DNA of 64,000 nt, taken from Bacteroidota bacterium. GTDB lineage: Bacteria; Bacteroidota; Ignavibacteria; Kapaibacteriales; Kapaibacteriaceae. A program made the translations under genes and the position numbers. Below the pieces are notes generated by a model. It did no database searches and was not told where the DNA came from. It saw only the letters and a list, made by a program, of their open reading frames with translations. The DNA is taken from NCBI GenBank assembly GCA_018266735.1, contig JAFDZT010000004.1, positions 887,728-951,727 on the forward strand, read 5' to 3'. Below, piece after piece: positions 46,181 to 60,263 of this stretch (position 1 is its first letter; each line of letters begins with the position of its first letter).

Positions 46181-46981
46181 CTACTTGTGCTCCACATCGC
46201 CGCGCGGCAGGAAGTCGAAGGTGTTCGACGTCCGATCGAACAGCATGTACCACTGCGACGTGATGATGCCATGCTTGTGCCAGGCAGCATTCTTCGTGTA
46301 GAGCAGCAAGGCGCAGATGTCCGTTGCCGTTGGCAGCGGATCGCCCGTATCGGCATGCTTATGCCACGTGAGATCCGGATCGGTCGAGAGCGTGTCTTGA
46401 TGCAAGAGATCGATGGGAATGAAGCTTTGATGCAGCTTCTTCCGCTCTACAAGTTGCAACGCAGGAGAATAGCGCAAGAGATAGTCGTTGCCGATGGGCA
46501 TCACCACACCTTGCTCGATGGTCGTCATCACATAGACGCGACGGGACGTATCGTCGATGATGGGGATGAGGTTGAAGTGCGTGTTGCGATAGTGCTTGAA
46601 GAAGTGTGTGGTGTCGAAGGCCACATCACGCAATGCACGGATGCGAAGATCGATGAGCGCTTGCTCTCGTGGTTGTGCTTTGCGCGTGATGTTGTCGACG
46701 AGCATCGACCCTTCGTCGAACTCTCTGTTCATGACGAAGACCGACATCACCTTGGATGAGTCGTACCGACTGTAGGTGATCACGCGAAGATTCTCTCCGT
46801 CGGCAAACGCTACATAGCCGCCAACACTATCGCGACGTGCGCCTTGATTCACGATCATCCGATCCGTTGCTCGCCACCCTGCCGCCTCGAGTCGATACAA
46901 GAGCTTGCCTTCGTCGATCACGCGTTGATGGTCGGGAGTAACGATGCGCAAAAGAAGAGCGATGGTAAGTGCGGTGAGCAC
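46181..46981 (-). CDS. Hypothetical protein (tandem paralog A)
   Basis: 266 aa with a GTG start. Shares DSVGGYVAF..GE...VITY and ..ERKKLHQSFIPID blocks with the upstream gene. Confidence 0.6.
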   Translation of the reverse strand: MLTALTIALLLRIVTPDHQRVIDEGKLLYRLEAAGWRATDRMIVNQGARRDSVGGYVAFADGENLRVITYSRYDSSKVMSVFVMNREFDEGSMLVDNITRKAQPREQALIDLRIRALRDVAFDTTHFFKHYRNTHFNLIPIIDDTSRRVYVMTTIEQGVVMPIGNDYLLRYSPALQLVERKKLHQSFIPIDLLHQDTLSTDPDLTWHKHADTGDPLPTATDICALLLYTKNAAWHKHGIITSQWYMLFDRTSNTFDFLPRGDVEHK

Positions 46982-46982
46982 G

Positions 46983-47795
46983 CTACTTCACGTCCTTCTT
47001 GAAGAAGCGAAAGTTCTTCTCGGGCGTGTTCCACACACAGTTCCATGTAGGAGTGAGAACGGCGTGCTGTTGCCAGGGCACATGTCCGGCCGTGACGATG
47101 AGCGTGCACACATCCGTCTCTGTTGGGAGGTCGGATGAGAGGATGGAATGCGAGTGGTGGGTGACGACGGTGTCGGGACGAGAGCCGGCACTTTTGGGCG
47201 ACGACTCGATGGGCATCAGTGTCTGATGCAGTTTCTCGCGCTTGATAAGTGCATTCGTCGAGTCGAACGTAAGGCGATAGTCGTTGCCGAAGATGGTGAA
47301 CTGTTCGCGCGTGGACACGGTGCGGATGTAGACCACGCGCATCGCACTGTCGATCAACGGAATGTGATGCAGCACGGTGAACTTGTAGGCCGAATAGAAA
47401 TTCGTCGAGTCGGACACGATGGCTTTGAGGGAGGCGCGGCGCAAGGCGATGAGTTCTTGCTCTCGTGCGGTGGCGGCGCGTTGGTGCGTATCCACGCGCA
47501 TAGATCCAAAGTCGACGTTCTTATCGAACGAATACGTGTGATAGATCAGCGACGGGTCCGAGTTGGCGTAATAGATCGACGTGACACGTTCGCCCGACAG
47601 ATAGGCCACATGTCCACCCACGCTGTCCTTCCGCGGATCGAGGGAGCTACGGAAGAAGTCGCTCGACATGGCCGAGGCAAGCTCAAGCTTGGCAAGCAAC
47701 TCGCCTCGCTGGAGAACTCGATCATACCCGTCCGGTTCCATTTGTGCCGAGAGCCGACAACAGAACAAGATGGTCAGTATTGAGAAGTATCTCAT
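46983..47795 (-). CDS. Hypothetical secreted protein (tandem paralog B)
   Basis: Track ORF 46983..47909. ATG 47795 gives the signal MRYFSILTILFCCRLSAQ. DSVGGHVAYLSGERVTSIYY and IKREKLHQTLMPIE are parallel to paralog A. Confidence 0.65.
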   Translation of the reverse strand: MRYFSILTILFCCRLSAQMEPDGYDRVLQRGELLAKLELASAMSSDFFRSSLDPRKDSVGGHVAYLSGERVTSIYYANSDPSLIYHTYSFDKNVDFGSMRVDTHQRAATAREQELIALRRASLKAIVSDSTNFYSAYKFTVLHHIPLIDSAMRVVYIRTVSTREQFTIFGNDYRLTFDSTNALIKREKLHQTLMPIESSPKSAGSRPDTVVTHHSHSILSSDLPTETDVCTLIVTAGHVPWQQHAVLTPTWNCVWNTPEKNFRFFKKDVK

Positions 47796-47824
47796 GATCT
47801 TCGAAAATACTGACCATACAGCAG

Positions 47825-49171
47825 TTACTCTAGCAGTGCGGTTGAAAAGAGGACATCGGTTGTCGTTCCGATGACAACCAAGAGCGGCCCACGCGGAAGA
47901 TCGGCGCAATCGAGAGGGTATGTGCCCCCCTGACGCAAGGGAGATTCAACCGAACGAAGCACTCTCCCGATCGCGTCATAGACGGTGATCCAACGAACAT
48001 CGAACAATTGGGGTACACCTACTTCGAGGAGTCCATTGTCACGGATCGTAAGCACGACCGGGTACGGTTGTGAATTGTTCGTTTGCGCGGGCACCGTTGT
48101 GGTAGACCCGTTGCGCGTGTATTTCCACACAAGCAACCCGGAGGCATATCCGATGGAGTCTCCGAAGAACTGGAACCGATTAAGTGCCTGAAACAGTGGC
48201 CCGCCAACGCCGGTCCAGGTCATCCCGCCATCTGTCGTTTCTCTTGACGAGAACCCCCGCCCTCCGATCCAACCTAATGTTGGTGTCACAAATCCGATCG
48301 CCTGCATCGAGTGCGTTTTCGTCACGTCTGAAAAGTCCACCTTGTGCTCTTTCCAAGTCCGTCCATCATCATCTGATCTGATCATCATGTCGGTTGGGGT
48401 TGAGCTGATCATTTGGATCGACCCTACGATGATCGTGTCCGCGATTCGATGAAACTTCCAGAGTTGCGTTCCAGCGACGGAACAACGGTAGGTCTGCGTC
48501 CACGTTCGACCACTGTCTTCACTGCGATACACGACGGCAAATCCTTCCTTTACGTCTCCTTCGGCACCACCACCGATCACTCCAATTGAAGGCGTACGGA
48601 AGCTGACGTCGACCAGCGAAGAGACGGTCGCCGGTGCGGCCGTCGTTGTGTATGTTTTGCCTCCATCATGCGTGGACGTGATGTGTGGACCACGAAAGAT
48701 CTTTGAAGAGAACGGACCAACACAGTACATGGTTGTCCCCGTGACGGCATCAAGGCCGCACACGCCTCGAACGAGAGTCGTGTCAAGATCGGACGCCTGC
48801 ATCCAGTGGTCGCCTCCGTCCGTCGTTCGCCAGATCGGGTTCACTTCTCCAAGAACCCCGCACCATCCTATCTTGCTTGTTGCAAAGTCCATCGACCGGA
48901 ATTCGCGCGACACACCGTTTGGCCACGTTTCGTTGACGAGGTATGCGGATCGTAGTTCGGTCCATGATTGCCCGCCATCATACGTTCTGTACATACCACC
49001 CCTGGTGCCTGCGATCCACCCCGTATCCGGATGCACGAACGACATTGCGTCCCATCGCTCTTGCGCATATGGGCTATTCTGGATCAGTGACCATGTTCCA
49101 TGTTGGGCATGCACGATCTGTGAAAGGGAACACAGTACCATGATCACGACCATGCAGTGCATTGGGCGCAT
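47825..49171 (-). CDS. BNR/Asp-box (Ycf48/sortilin-like) beta-propeller protein with T9SS-type C-terminal domain
   Basis: 448 aa with a signal peptide. Asp-boxes YDGGQSW, TDGGDHW, HDGGKTY, EDSGRTW, DDDGRTW, TDGGMTW. The C-terminal ~80 aa are beta-rich and sorting-domain-like. Confidence 0.8.
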   Translation of the reverse strand: MRPMHCMVVIMVLCSLSQIVHAQHGTWSLIQNSPYAQERWDAMSFVHPDTGWIAGTRGGMYRTYDGGQSWTELRSAYLVNETWPNGVSREFRSMDFATSKIGWCGVLGEVNPIWRTTDGGDHWMQASDLDTTLVRGVCGLDAVTGTTMYCVGPFSSKIFRGPHITSTHDGGKTYTTTAAPATVSSLVDVSFRTPSIGVIGGGAEGDVKEGFAVVYRSEDSGRTWTQTYRCSVAGTQLWKFHRIADTIIVGSIQMISSTPTDMMIRSDDDGRTWKEHKVDFSDVTKTHSMQAIGFVTPTLGWIGGRGFSSRETTDGGMTWTGVGGPLFQALNRFQFFGDSIGYASGLLVWKYTRNGSTTTVPAQTNNSQPYPVVLTIRDNGLLEVGVPQLFDVRWITVYDAIGRVLRSVESPLRQGGTYPLDCADLPRGPLLVVIGTTTDVLFSTALLE

Positions 49172-49248
49172 ATGTTTGCCTCCGAATGATGTGACTTCCT
49201 AGAACTAGTTGTTACGCGATCGTTGGTTACAGAAGAGAGGAACAACGA

Positions 49249-51153
49249 TCACGGTACGATCAACCTCACGTAGCGCTCGTGAGCGCCGGAGCGAAGATGC
49301 AGGAACCACTGTCCGGCGGGCAAGGCGTATATGTCGAATGGTTGTTCAACGGCACAGCCTTGCAGGTCGTAGACGGCCACGAGTGATTCGGCTGTTCCGA
49401 TGACGAGATCGTCAACACTGCTCGTCGCATCGATACGAAACGATCGAAAGCTCATGGACGGTGTGGGTCCGAAGCCTGGGGCATTTGCCACCACATACCA
49501 CCAATAGGTCTTCCCTACTGTAAGTGTCTTCGACGTTACTGTGCCCGTGAGTCCGTGAACGTTCTGCGCCACGCTATCATCGAATGCCCCATCATAGGTG
49601 CCTCGTGTCGTCAACATGAGGTCGTAGGTTTGCGTGCGATCATCACCGCTCCATGTGAACACCATGAGTGTTCCAGTCGAGACGATGCCGTTGTCCGGCG
49701 TGATCAATACGGGGCGATCAAGGAGTGGAGGCGGCGGGGCAGCGGGTGTTCGAGTGACGGCCTCTTCGGACCATCCACTGGAATCAGCGGCACTGTAACT
49801 CCGTACGCGGCCATAGACATCGTGTCCTTGTGGTAGGGTGATCTGTGGCGAGGATGCATTGGACACGATCGTGTCAAGTAGCATTGCGTCTTGTCGATCG
49901 AAGATGGCATGGTCGAATCCCAACAGGTCCTTCGAAGGTTTCGATGCGATCTGCACGTGGTAACGCACGTCCGTCGATTCGGAGGTCCACTCGAGCACAT
50001 GCTTGTCCCCCATTGGTGTGAAGGACGCCGTCGGAGCGAGTAGTTCACGCTTGCCGGTGTAGTAGATCACGTCATCGAGGAGGATTGCCACGGCATGACC
50101 GCCTTGCGTCCATCGAATGGCAGCAGCATTGGACTTCGACGTACCGAATGGAAAGCGTGCACTCTCCCAAACACGCTTCACGTTGTCGCGATGCATCACA
50201 CGATCTCGACCAAGTGCAAGGATGTTGCCTTTGGCATCCACGGCCACGCCAACGAACTCGCCACCGTCCACTATGGAATCAAGCAATGTTCTCCACTTGG
50301 TTCCGCCGTCCTCCGTTACTTTCACGAAGGCCTTCTGTTGATGTCCCTCACCGGTAGCAACACCACCAACGGCAACGGCAACGTTGGGCATCATCCACTG
50401 CACATCTGACGTACCGTTTGGAAGTGCAACGTCAGCGAATGTCGCACCGCCGTCGGTAGACAAGATCATCTGCTCTGAGTTCCAGAGGTAGACCGAGTCT
50501 GCTCCCTTGCTTCGCATCCCGGTTGGGGTGAAACCGAAATCGTTGAACGGCGTGGCCGTCCACGATGCTCCTGCATCGGTCGTACGATACAATCGTGCGA
50601 TCGTCGTATCCGCTTGGTCACCCGAGAACAGGTAGCCCACAGTTCGGTGATCCATGGAAAGATGGGAGTAGAACCACGATGCGAGTGGCATGGCGCCGAT
50701 CGTCACGTTCGCCCACGTCGCCCCTCCATCCGTGCTACGCTCAAGATGCGGTATGAGCGTTCCATAGATCGGGCTACCGTCGGGGTCGTTCTTCGGTCGA
50801 CGGACGACCACCACGACGATCGTATCCTTCGATGGTCTGGCGACAGCTTGAAAGTACTGTTCCTTCCACCAGCCTTCGAGAGGCTTGAAGGTAACGGGGT
50901 CTACGTTGTAGCACCGTGCATATCGAACGTTTCGCCATGTGGCACCACCGTCGTCGGTGCATTGAACGATGTTCGTCGAATCGAACCCCAGGTTTGAGGA
51001 GATCACGGCACCGTACCGGCTGTCCGGGATGCTCACAACACCGGTCAAATGTTGTGGCGTATAGGTACCGCTATGCACGTCGATCCATTGCGGGACGGTG
51101 CGTTGCGCATGCGCCGTGATGGCGACAAGAGTGAAAACGAGTAGATACTTCAT
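49249..51153 (-). CDS. BNR/Asp-box beta-propeller protein with FN3-like region and T9SS-type C-terminal domain
   Basis: Track ORF 49249..51189. ATG 51153 gives MKYLLVFTLVAITAHAQ. Asp-boxes TDDGGATW, STDGGATW, TTDAGASW, STDGGATF, TEDGGTKW. C-terminus VAVYDLQGCAV...GQWFLHLRSG...VRLIVP. Confidence 0.8.
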   Translation of the reverse strand: MKYLLVFTLVAITAHAQRTVPQWIDVHSGTYTPQHLTGVVSIPDSRYGAVISSNLGFDSTNIVQCTDDGGATWRNVRYARCYNVDPVTFKPLEGWWKEQYFQAVARPSKDTIVVVVVRRPKNDPDGSPIYGTLIPHLERSTDGGATWANVTIGAMPLASWFYSHLSMDHRTVGYLFSGDQADTTIARLYRTTDAGASWTATPFNDFGFTPTGMRSKGADSVYLWNSEQMILSTDGGATFADVALPNGTSDVQWMMPNVAVAVGGVATGEGHQQKAFVKVTEDGGTKWRTLLDSIVDGGEFVGVAVDAKGNILALGRDRVMHRDNVKRVWESARFPFGTSKSNAAAIRWTQGGHAVAILLDDVIYYTGKRELLAPTASFTPMGDKHVLEWTSESTDVRYHVQIASKPSKDLLGFDHAIFDRQDAMLLDTIVSNASSPQITLPQGHDVYGRVRSYSAADSSGWSEEAVTRTPAAPPPPLLDRPVLITPDNGIVSTGTLMVFTWSGDDRTQTYDLMLTTRGTYDGAFDDSVAQNVHGLTGTVTSKTLTVGKTYWWYVVANAPGFGPTPSMSFRSFRIDATSSVDDLVIGTAESLVAVYDLQGCAVEQPFDIYALPAGQWFLHLRSGAHERYVRLIVP

Positions 51154-51213
51154 GAGGGACTCCGTGTATGCGATGAATCTAGTCATCACGTCGGAGGCCG
51201 TTACTGCACGCTG

Positions 51214-52557
51214 TTACTGCATGATTACTGCACGAACAACTGCGTCAAGTTCACGCGTTGAGCGAAGCCCTAACTTCTTCGTGACGCGAAATCGGATCGA
51301 TTCGATGGTGCGCACCGAGAGGTTCATGATCTGCGCAACCTCTTTCGTCCCCGATCCCGCTGCGAAAAGTGCACAGGCCATGCATTCACTCTCGCCAAGT
51401 GACGGAAAGGCCGCACGGATCTGTCCCATTTGTGCCGTGCGTTTGCTCGATGAAGGATCAAAGGCAATGATCTTGCGCTCTTCGGCAACGAGCATTTCGT
51501 TCAGCGCCGTTGCACCCTTCAACAATTCGTAGGCAGCCGACGTATTCCCGAGCAACGCCTCGATGCGCGAGTGTGCGTGCAGATACTCGGCAGCTTGTCT
51601 CGGCTGCGCTGATTCCAGCTTGGAGGATCCAGCTTCGATCCATTGTCGTGCAAGGTCAACATGGTCCAACGCCGCAAGAAGCATGGCCATCGTTCGGATC
51701 TCCATCAGCGATGCATTCGCTGCAGCTGAAGGATCCGTCGAACCGAGCACGGAAACAAGCACATCAAGGGCACGCTCGAGCTCTCCATTCTGCTCGAGTG
51801 CGCATGCGATGTTTCCGTCGATCGCTCGTAGATGATCCCGATGAACGTTAGGGTCTCGTTCCCGTGCTTCATAGAGAACCTCGATCGCCTGATCGTTCTT
51901 CCCGGAGCCCAGCAACGCCGTGGCCATACAGATGCGTGTTGTGACCATGCCCGTTCGATCCGCCGCCGTGTCGAACAAGATGCGAGCACGATCAAAGGCC
52001 TCGAATGCCTCTTCAAAGCGGTGCATCTTCAGTAATGCACTCCCCATACACTCATTCACGGATCCAAGCAGAACGGGGTTTCCCGATGACCGATAGATCT
52101 CTTCACAATCTGTGAAATACTCGAATGCGATCCGGAACTCTCCTCTGCATGCATGCAACAGTCCCAGTGCATTCAGTGTGTGGCCAACCTGCAGTGAGCC
52201 ACCCCCGAGCGTTCGATACAACGCCAGCGCACGCTCCAAATGCTGCTGCGACGACGTCGGATCGATGTAAGTGAGCACCACTCCCATTGAATACTGCACA
52301 CGTGCAACAAGTGCCGGATCCTTTACCGATTCCACAGCAGCAAGCGCTTGTTCTGCATGTGCTCGGGCTTGAGGCATTTCGTTCTGAGCGCGATAGCGGT
52401 CAGAGAGATCCAAGTGGGCCCTCACGATGATGTCGTGATACTGACCTCGCTCAGCCTGCTCCAAGATCTGAAGCAGTTCTCGAATGGCTCGTGCAGGATC
52501 CTTCTGACGAATGTCGGCAACAGATCGAAGAGCGATCTCGAGTTCGTGTCGGCGCAT
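51214..52557 (-). CDS. TPR-repeat transcriptional regulator with C-terminal LuxR-type HTH
   Basis: 447 aa. C-terminus ECMACALFAAGSGTKEVAQIMNLSVRTIESIRFRVTKKLGL (LuxR/GerE HTH). The N-terminal ~380 aa are TPR-like helices. Confidence 0.85.
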   Translation of the reverse strand: MRRHELEIALRSVADIRQKDPARAIRELLQILEQAERGQYHDIIVRAHLDLSDRYRAQNEMPQARAHAEQALAAVESVKDPALVARVQYSMGVVLTYIDPTSSQQHLERALALYRTLGGGSLQVGHTLNALGLLHACRGEFRIAFEYFTDCEEIYRSSGNPVLLGSVNECMGSALLKMHRFEEAFEAFDRARILFDTAADRTGMVTTRICMATALLGSGKNDQAIEVLYEARERDPNVHRDHLRAIDGNIACALEQNGELERALDVLVSVLGSTDPSAAANASLMEIRTMAMLLAALDHVDLARQWIEAGSSKLESAQPRQAAEYLHAHSRIEALLGNTSAAYELLKGATALNEMLVAEERKIIAFDPSSSKRTAQMGQIRAAFPSLGESECMACALFAAGSGTKEVAQIMNLSVRTIESIRFRVTKKLGLRSTRELDAVVRAVIMQ

Positions 52558-52574
52558 GATCGTATGCGTGCGTA

Positions 52575-57232
<4,658 letters not shown>

Positions 57233-57236
57233 TGTG

Positions 57237-57300
57237 TCTCACTTGTCACTTGTCACTCGTCACTCGTCACTCGTCACTCGTCACTTGTCACTTGTCACTT
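57237..57300 (-). repeat. Heptamer array (rc orientation), about 9 units, filling the whole recF-DUF721 intergenic gap
   Basis: tctcac ttgtcac ttgtcac tcgtcac x4 ttgtcac ttgtcac tt read directly. The recF stop codon (57281-57283) and its last 5 codons (VTSDK) lie inside the array. Confidence 0.95.
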
Positions 57301-58378
57301 CGATCATCGTTCCTACCGGAACCAGCTTCTTCATCTCAGCGCCTTCGGTGGTGGTCACGAAGCATTGCATGCGCATGGCCAACACCGTCTGCATCACATG
57401 TTCGCAGCGCGACCGATCGAGTTCGCTGAACACATCGTCCAGCAGCACCACCGGTCGTTCCTGTGTGCGCTCGAACAACAACGCGCATTCGGCGATCTTC
57501 AACGACACCAAGAGCGACTTATGCTGTCCTTGCGAGGCCGTCTCGCGAACAACACCCTTGTTGATCATGAAGGCCACTTCGTCTTTTTGCGGACCGAACA
57601 ACGTCAGTCCACGTTGGATCTCCCGCGACGCCACCTTCTCATAGGCATTGCGAAGTTGTTCCTCGACATTCGCCGACGCGTCGCTCACGCCATCGGCCTC
57701 GTACCGAACGTCGATGACCTCTTCACCACCCGACACAGCATCGTAGGCTTCGCGAATGCGTGGTGCAAGATCGTCGAGCACATCCTTCCGTCGGCGGATC
57801 ACTTCCGCACTGCACGTCAGGAATCCATCGGTCCACGCATCCAGCCCTTCCACCTTGCCGCCATGGTGCGCGGCCTCTGCCAACATCGAATTTCGTTGCT
57901 TCAGGAGTCGACGGTGCTCATACAACAGCTCCGTCACCCGCTTGCTGGACTGTGCCATCAGTCCGTCGACAAAGGCTCGCCGGTCTGCGGGACCGCCCAT
58001 CGTGATGCTCTTATGATCCGGCGACAGTGCCACGATGGGCAATTCGCCGATCAGGTCTTTCGGAGTACAATGTTGCGCGAACGTTGTCTCGATCTTTTTC
58101 CTGACCCCCTCGCGGATCGTAACGCTCACGTGATACGGAACATGCAGATCGCGTTCGCATCGTACGCTCACCGAACACTGATCTTGGCCATGCTGGATCA
58201 GGGCCGCATCGGGGACGGGAACGAAGCTCTTGCCAACGGCACACACGCTGATCGCTTCCAAGAACGACGTTTTACCAACACCATTCTTGCCGGAAAGGAT
58301 CGTTACATCGGGTGCGCACTCAAGGTCGGCAGACGTGTGACTGCGAAATGCACGAAGCTGAACGGATCGGATGATCAT
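57281..58378 (-). CDS. recF: DNA replication and repair protein RecF
   Basis: 365 aa. Walker A GKNGVGKTSFLEA, SQGQHKSLLVSLKIAE, and Walker B VVLLDDVFSELD. Confidence 0.95.
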   Translation of the reverse strand: MIIRSVQLRAFRSHTSADLECAPDVTILSGKNGVGKTSFLEAISVCAVGKSFVPVPDAALIQHGQDQCSVSVRCERDLHVPYHVSVTIREGVRKKIETTFAQHCTPKDLIGELPIVALSPDHKSITMGGPADRRAFVDGLMAQSSKRVTELLYEHRRLLKQRNSMLAEAAHHGGKVEGLDAWTDGFLTCSAEVIRRRKDVLDDLAPRIREAYDAVSGGEEVIDVRYEADGVSDASANVEEQLRNAYEKVASREIQRGLTLFGPQKDEVAFMINKGVVRETASQGQHKSLLVSLKIAECALLFERTQERPVVLLDDVFSELDRSRCEHVMQTVLAMRMQCFVTTTEGAEMKKLVPVGTMIEVTSDK

Positions 58379-58394
58379 CGCACGTTGGCGGAGA

Positions 58395-59510
58395 TCAGAT
58401 CTTCACCGGCATCACCAACATCAGCAGCGAGTCGTTGTCGGCTCCCGGCTTGATGAGGACGGCTCTGATCGGCGTCGAGAACGTCATCTGCACGTTCAGG
58501 TCCGGATCGTCATCCGCAGTGATGTTCTTGATCGCTTCTTCGAGGAATCGGTAATTGAAGCCCACCTCGAACGTGTCGTGCGAGAATTCGCAAGGGATCG
58601 TCTCTGTTCCTTTTCCGCCGGAATCCTCATCCTCGGAGTGGACGGCCAGCACGCGCTCGCTCATGCGGAAGCGCACGTGACGGGTGTTCGTGTTCGCGAA
58701 CAGCGAGACGCGCTTGATGGCGCTCAGCACTTCGCGTTGGTTCACGACCAGCGTCTTGTCGTTGTCCGACGGGATCACGTTCTGATAGGGAGGATACTTC
58801 TCGTCGATCACGCGGGTGGTGATCGTTTGCGAGGAGATCGTGAAGCGAGCATGCGTGCGGCTCACTTCCATCGACACTTCACTGTCGACCTTCTTGAGCA
58901 GGTCCACGGCGCGTGCGGGAATGATCACATCGAGCTCGTCCGGGAAGCGGTCTTCACCGCGGATGATCACGCGCGACAGGCGGAATCCGTCCGTGGCAAC
59001 GGCCGTGACCATGTTGGAGGCGAACTGGAAGAACACGCCTGTCATCGACGGACGGTACTCTTCCGTGCTCACAGCGAACACGGTCTTGTTCGCGATGCGC
59101 TGCATCTCCTCTTTCGAGAAGTCCGCCTTGGTCGATTCAGGGAAAGGAGGAATGGCGGGGAACTCATTCGCATCGAGTCCCTTCATTTCGTACGTCCCCG
59201 TAGGCGTCCGCACAGAGATGAGGGCCGAGTCCTCGTTGGCCGACACTTCCACGGAACCGGCATTGCCGAGTTCCTTGATCAGGTCGTTGAATTGACGTGC
59301 AGGGACAAGAACTTCCCCATCCTGTTCTCCGGCGACCGGGATCGTCAACGAGATCGTGATCTCTTGATCGGTCGCATGGAACGTGAGGTCTGTTCCCGCC
59401 AGGACCACGTGAACGTGCTCCAGGACAGGGATCGTGGACTTCGCGGGAATGGCTGGAAGGATCTTCTGCAGCGCCTTTTGGAGCTCAGGCAGTGCTACGG
59501 TGAATTTCAT
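58395..59510 (-). CDS. dnaN: DNA polymerase III beta sliding clamp
   Basis: ATG 59510 within track ORF 58395..59909 gives MKFTVALPELQKALQKILPAIPAKSTIPVLEHV. 371 aa with typical three-domain clamp length and sequence. Confidence 0.95.
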   Translation of the reverse strand: MKFTVALPELQKALQKILPAIPAKSTIPVLEHVHVVLAGTDLTFHATDQEITISLTIPVAGEQDGEVLVPARQFNDLIKELGNAGSVEVSANEDSALISVRTPTGTYEMKGLDANEFPAIPPFPESTKADFSKEEMQRIANKTVFAVSTEEYRPSMTGVFFQFASNMVTAVATDGFRLSRVIIRGEDRFPDELDVIIPARAVDLLKKVDSEVSMEVSRTHARFTISSQTITTRVIDEKYPPYQNVIPSDNDKTLVVNQREVLSAIKRVSLFANTNTRHVRFRMSERVLAVHSEDEDSGGKGTETIPCEFSHDTFEVGFNYRFLEEAIKNITADDDPDLNVQMTFSTPIRAVLIKPGADNDSLLMLVMPVKI

Positions 59511-59561
59511 GCTTCGTTTCGCTAATTTGACCCGCGAAACTACGAAAAACAATGGTCCTAG

Positions 59562-60263
59562 ATGATCACTCCGTACGGCTACGACAATGCCTTTTTGATG
59601 CTCGGTGTGGGCGCATGTTTGGTACTCCTTGGTGTAAGCCTCGGCGGACCGATCGTGGCCGTGTTGCTCGGAACGCTCGGAGTGCTCCTGATCTGCTTCA
59701 CCCTGTGGTTCTTCCGCGATCCTGAGCGGCCCGTGGATCCCGAGGCGGCCCGCGACCATTCCGTGCTCGTGGCGCCGGCAGACGGTACCGTTATGGAGAT
59801 CGTGTCGCTCACGGCCGAGCAATGTGCGGCCAGCGACGACCTTCGCGGCCTCCCGCGCGGCATCGGCCACGTCCAGATCTCGATCTTCCTTTCCCCGCTC
59901 AACGTCCACGTGAACCGCTTCCCCATGTCGGGAGAGATCGTCGAGGCCCGCTACCTGCCCGGCAAGTATCTAATGGCCTTCGATCCGAAGTCGAGCACCG
60001 ACAACGAACGATCGATCTTCATCTGCAAGAATGCCTTCGGATCCGTGCTCTATAAGCAGATCACCGGATTCCTGGCCCGACGCATCGTGTACGACACCAA
60101 GCAGGGCGATGTGGCCACGGCGGGCGATCGGTTCGGCATGATGAAGTTCGGCTCGCGCATGGACATTGTTGTCCCCGACACGTCGGAGATCCTGGTCGTG
60201 AGCGGACAGAAAACGGTCGGGTGCGCCACGCTGATCGCTCGTTTGAAGGGTGCGCAGAACTGA
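59562..60263 (+). CDS. psd: Phosphatidylserine decarboxylase (short form)
   Basis: 233 aa. FRDPER..., the self-cleavage-site region MMKFGSRMDIVVP, and an N-terminal TM helix. Coupled (TGATG) to pssA. Confidence 0.9.
   Translation: MITPYGYDNAFLMLGVGACLVLLGVSLGGPIVAVLLGTLGVLLICFTLWFFRDPERPVDPEAARDHSVLVAPADGTVMEIVSLTAEQCAASDDLRGLPRGIGHVQISIFLSPLNVHVNRFPMSGEIVEARYLPGKYLMAFDPKSSTDNERSIFICKNAFGSVLYKQITGFLARRIVYDTKQGDVATAGDRFGMMKFGSRMDIVVPDTSEILVVSGQKTVGCATLIARLKGAQN

Noticed and set aside
45338-46301. Track ORFs 45338..45835 (+) and 45957..46301 (+) in the AT-rich island.
   Set aside because: The translations are low-complexity. The first overlaps the start region of the minus-strand gene. The second reads through two terminator-like hairpins and into the convergent gene at 46181. 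I treat the region as non-coding pending evidence.
58395-59909. The 504-aa version of the dnaN ORF, with a 133-aa N-terminal extension overlapping psd on the opposite strand.
   Set aside because: The extension is Arg/His/Glu-rich junk. The canonical clamp N-terminus MKFTVALPELQKAL begins at ATG 59510.
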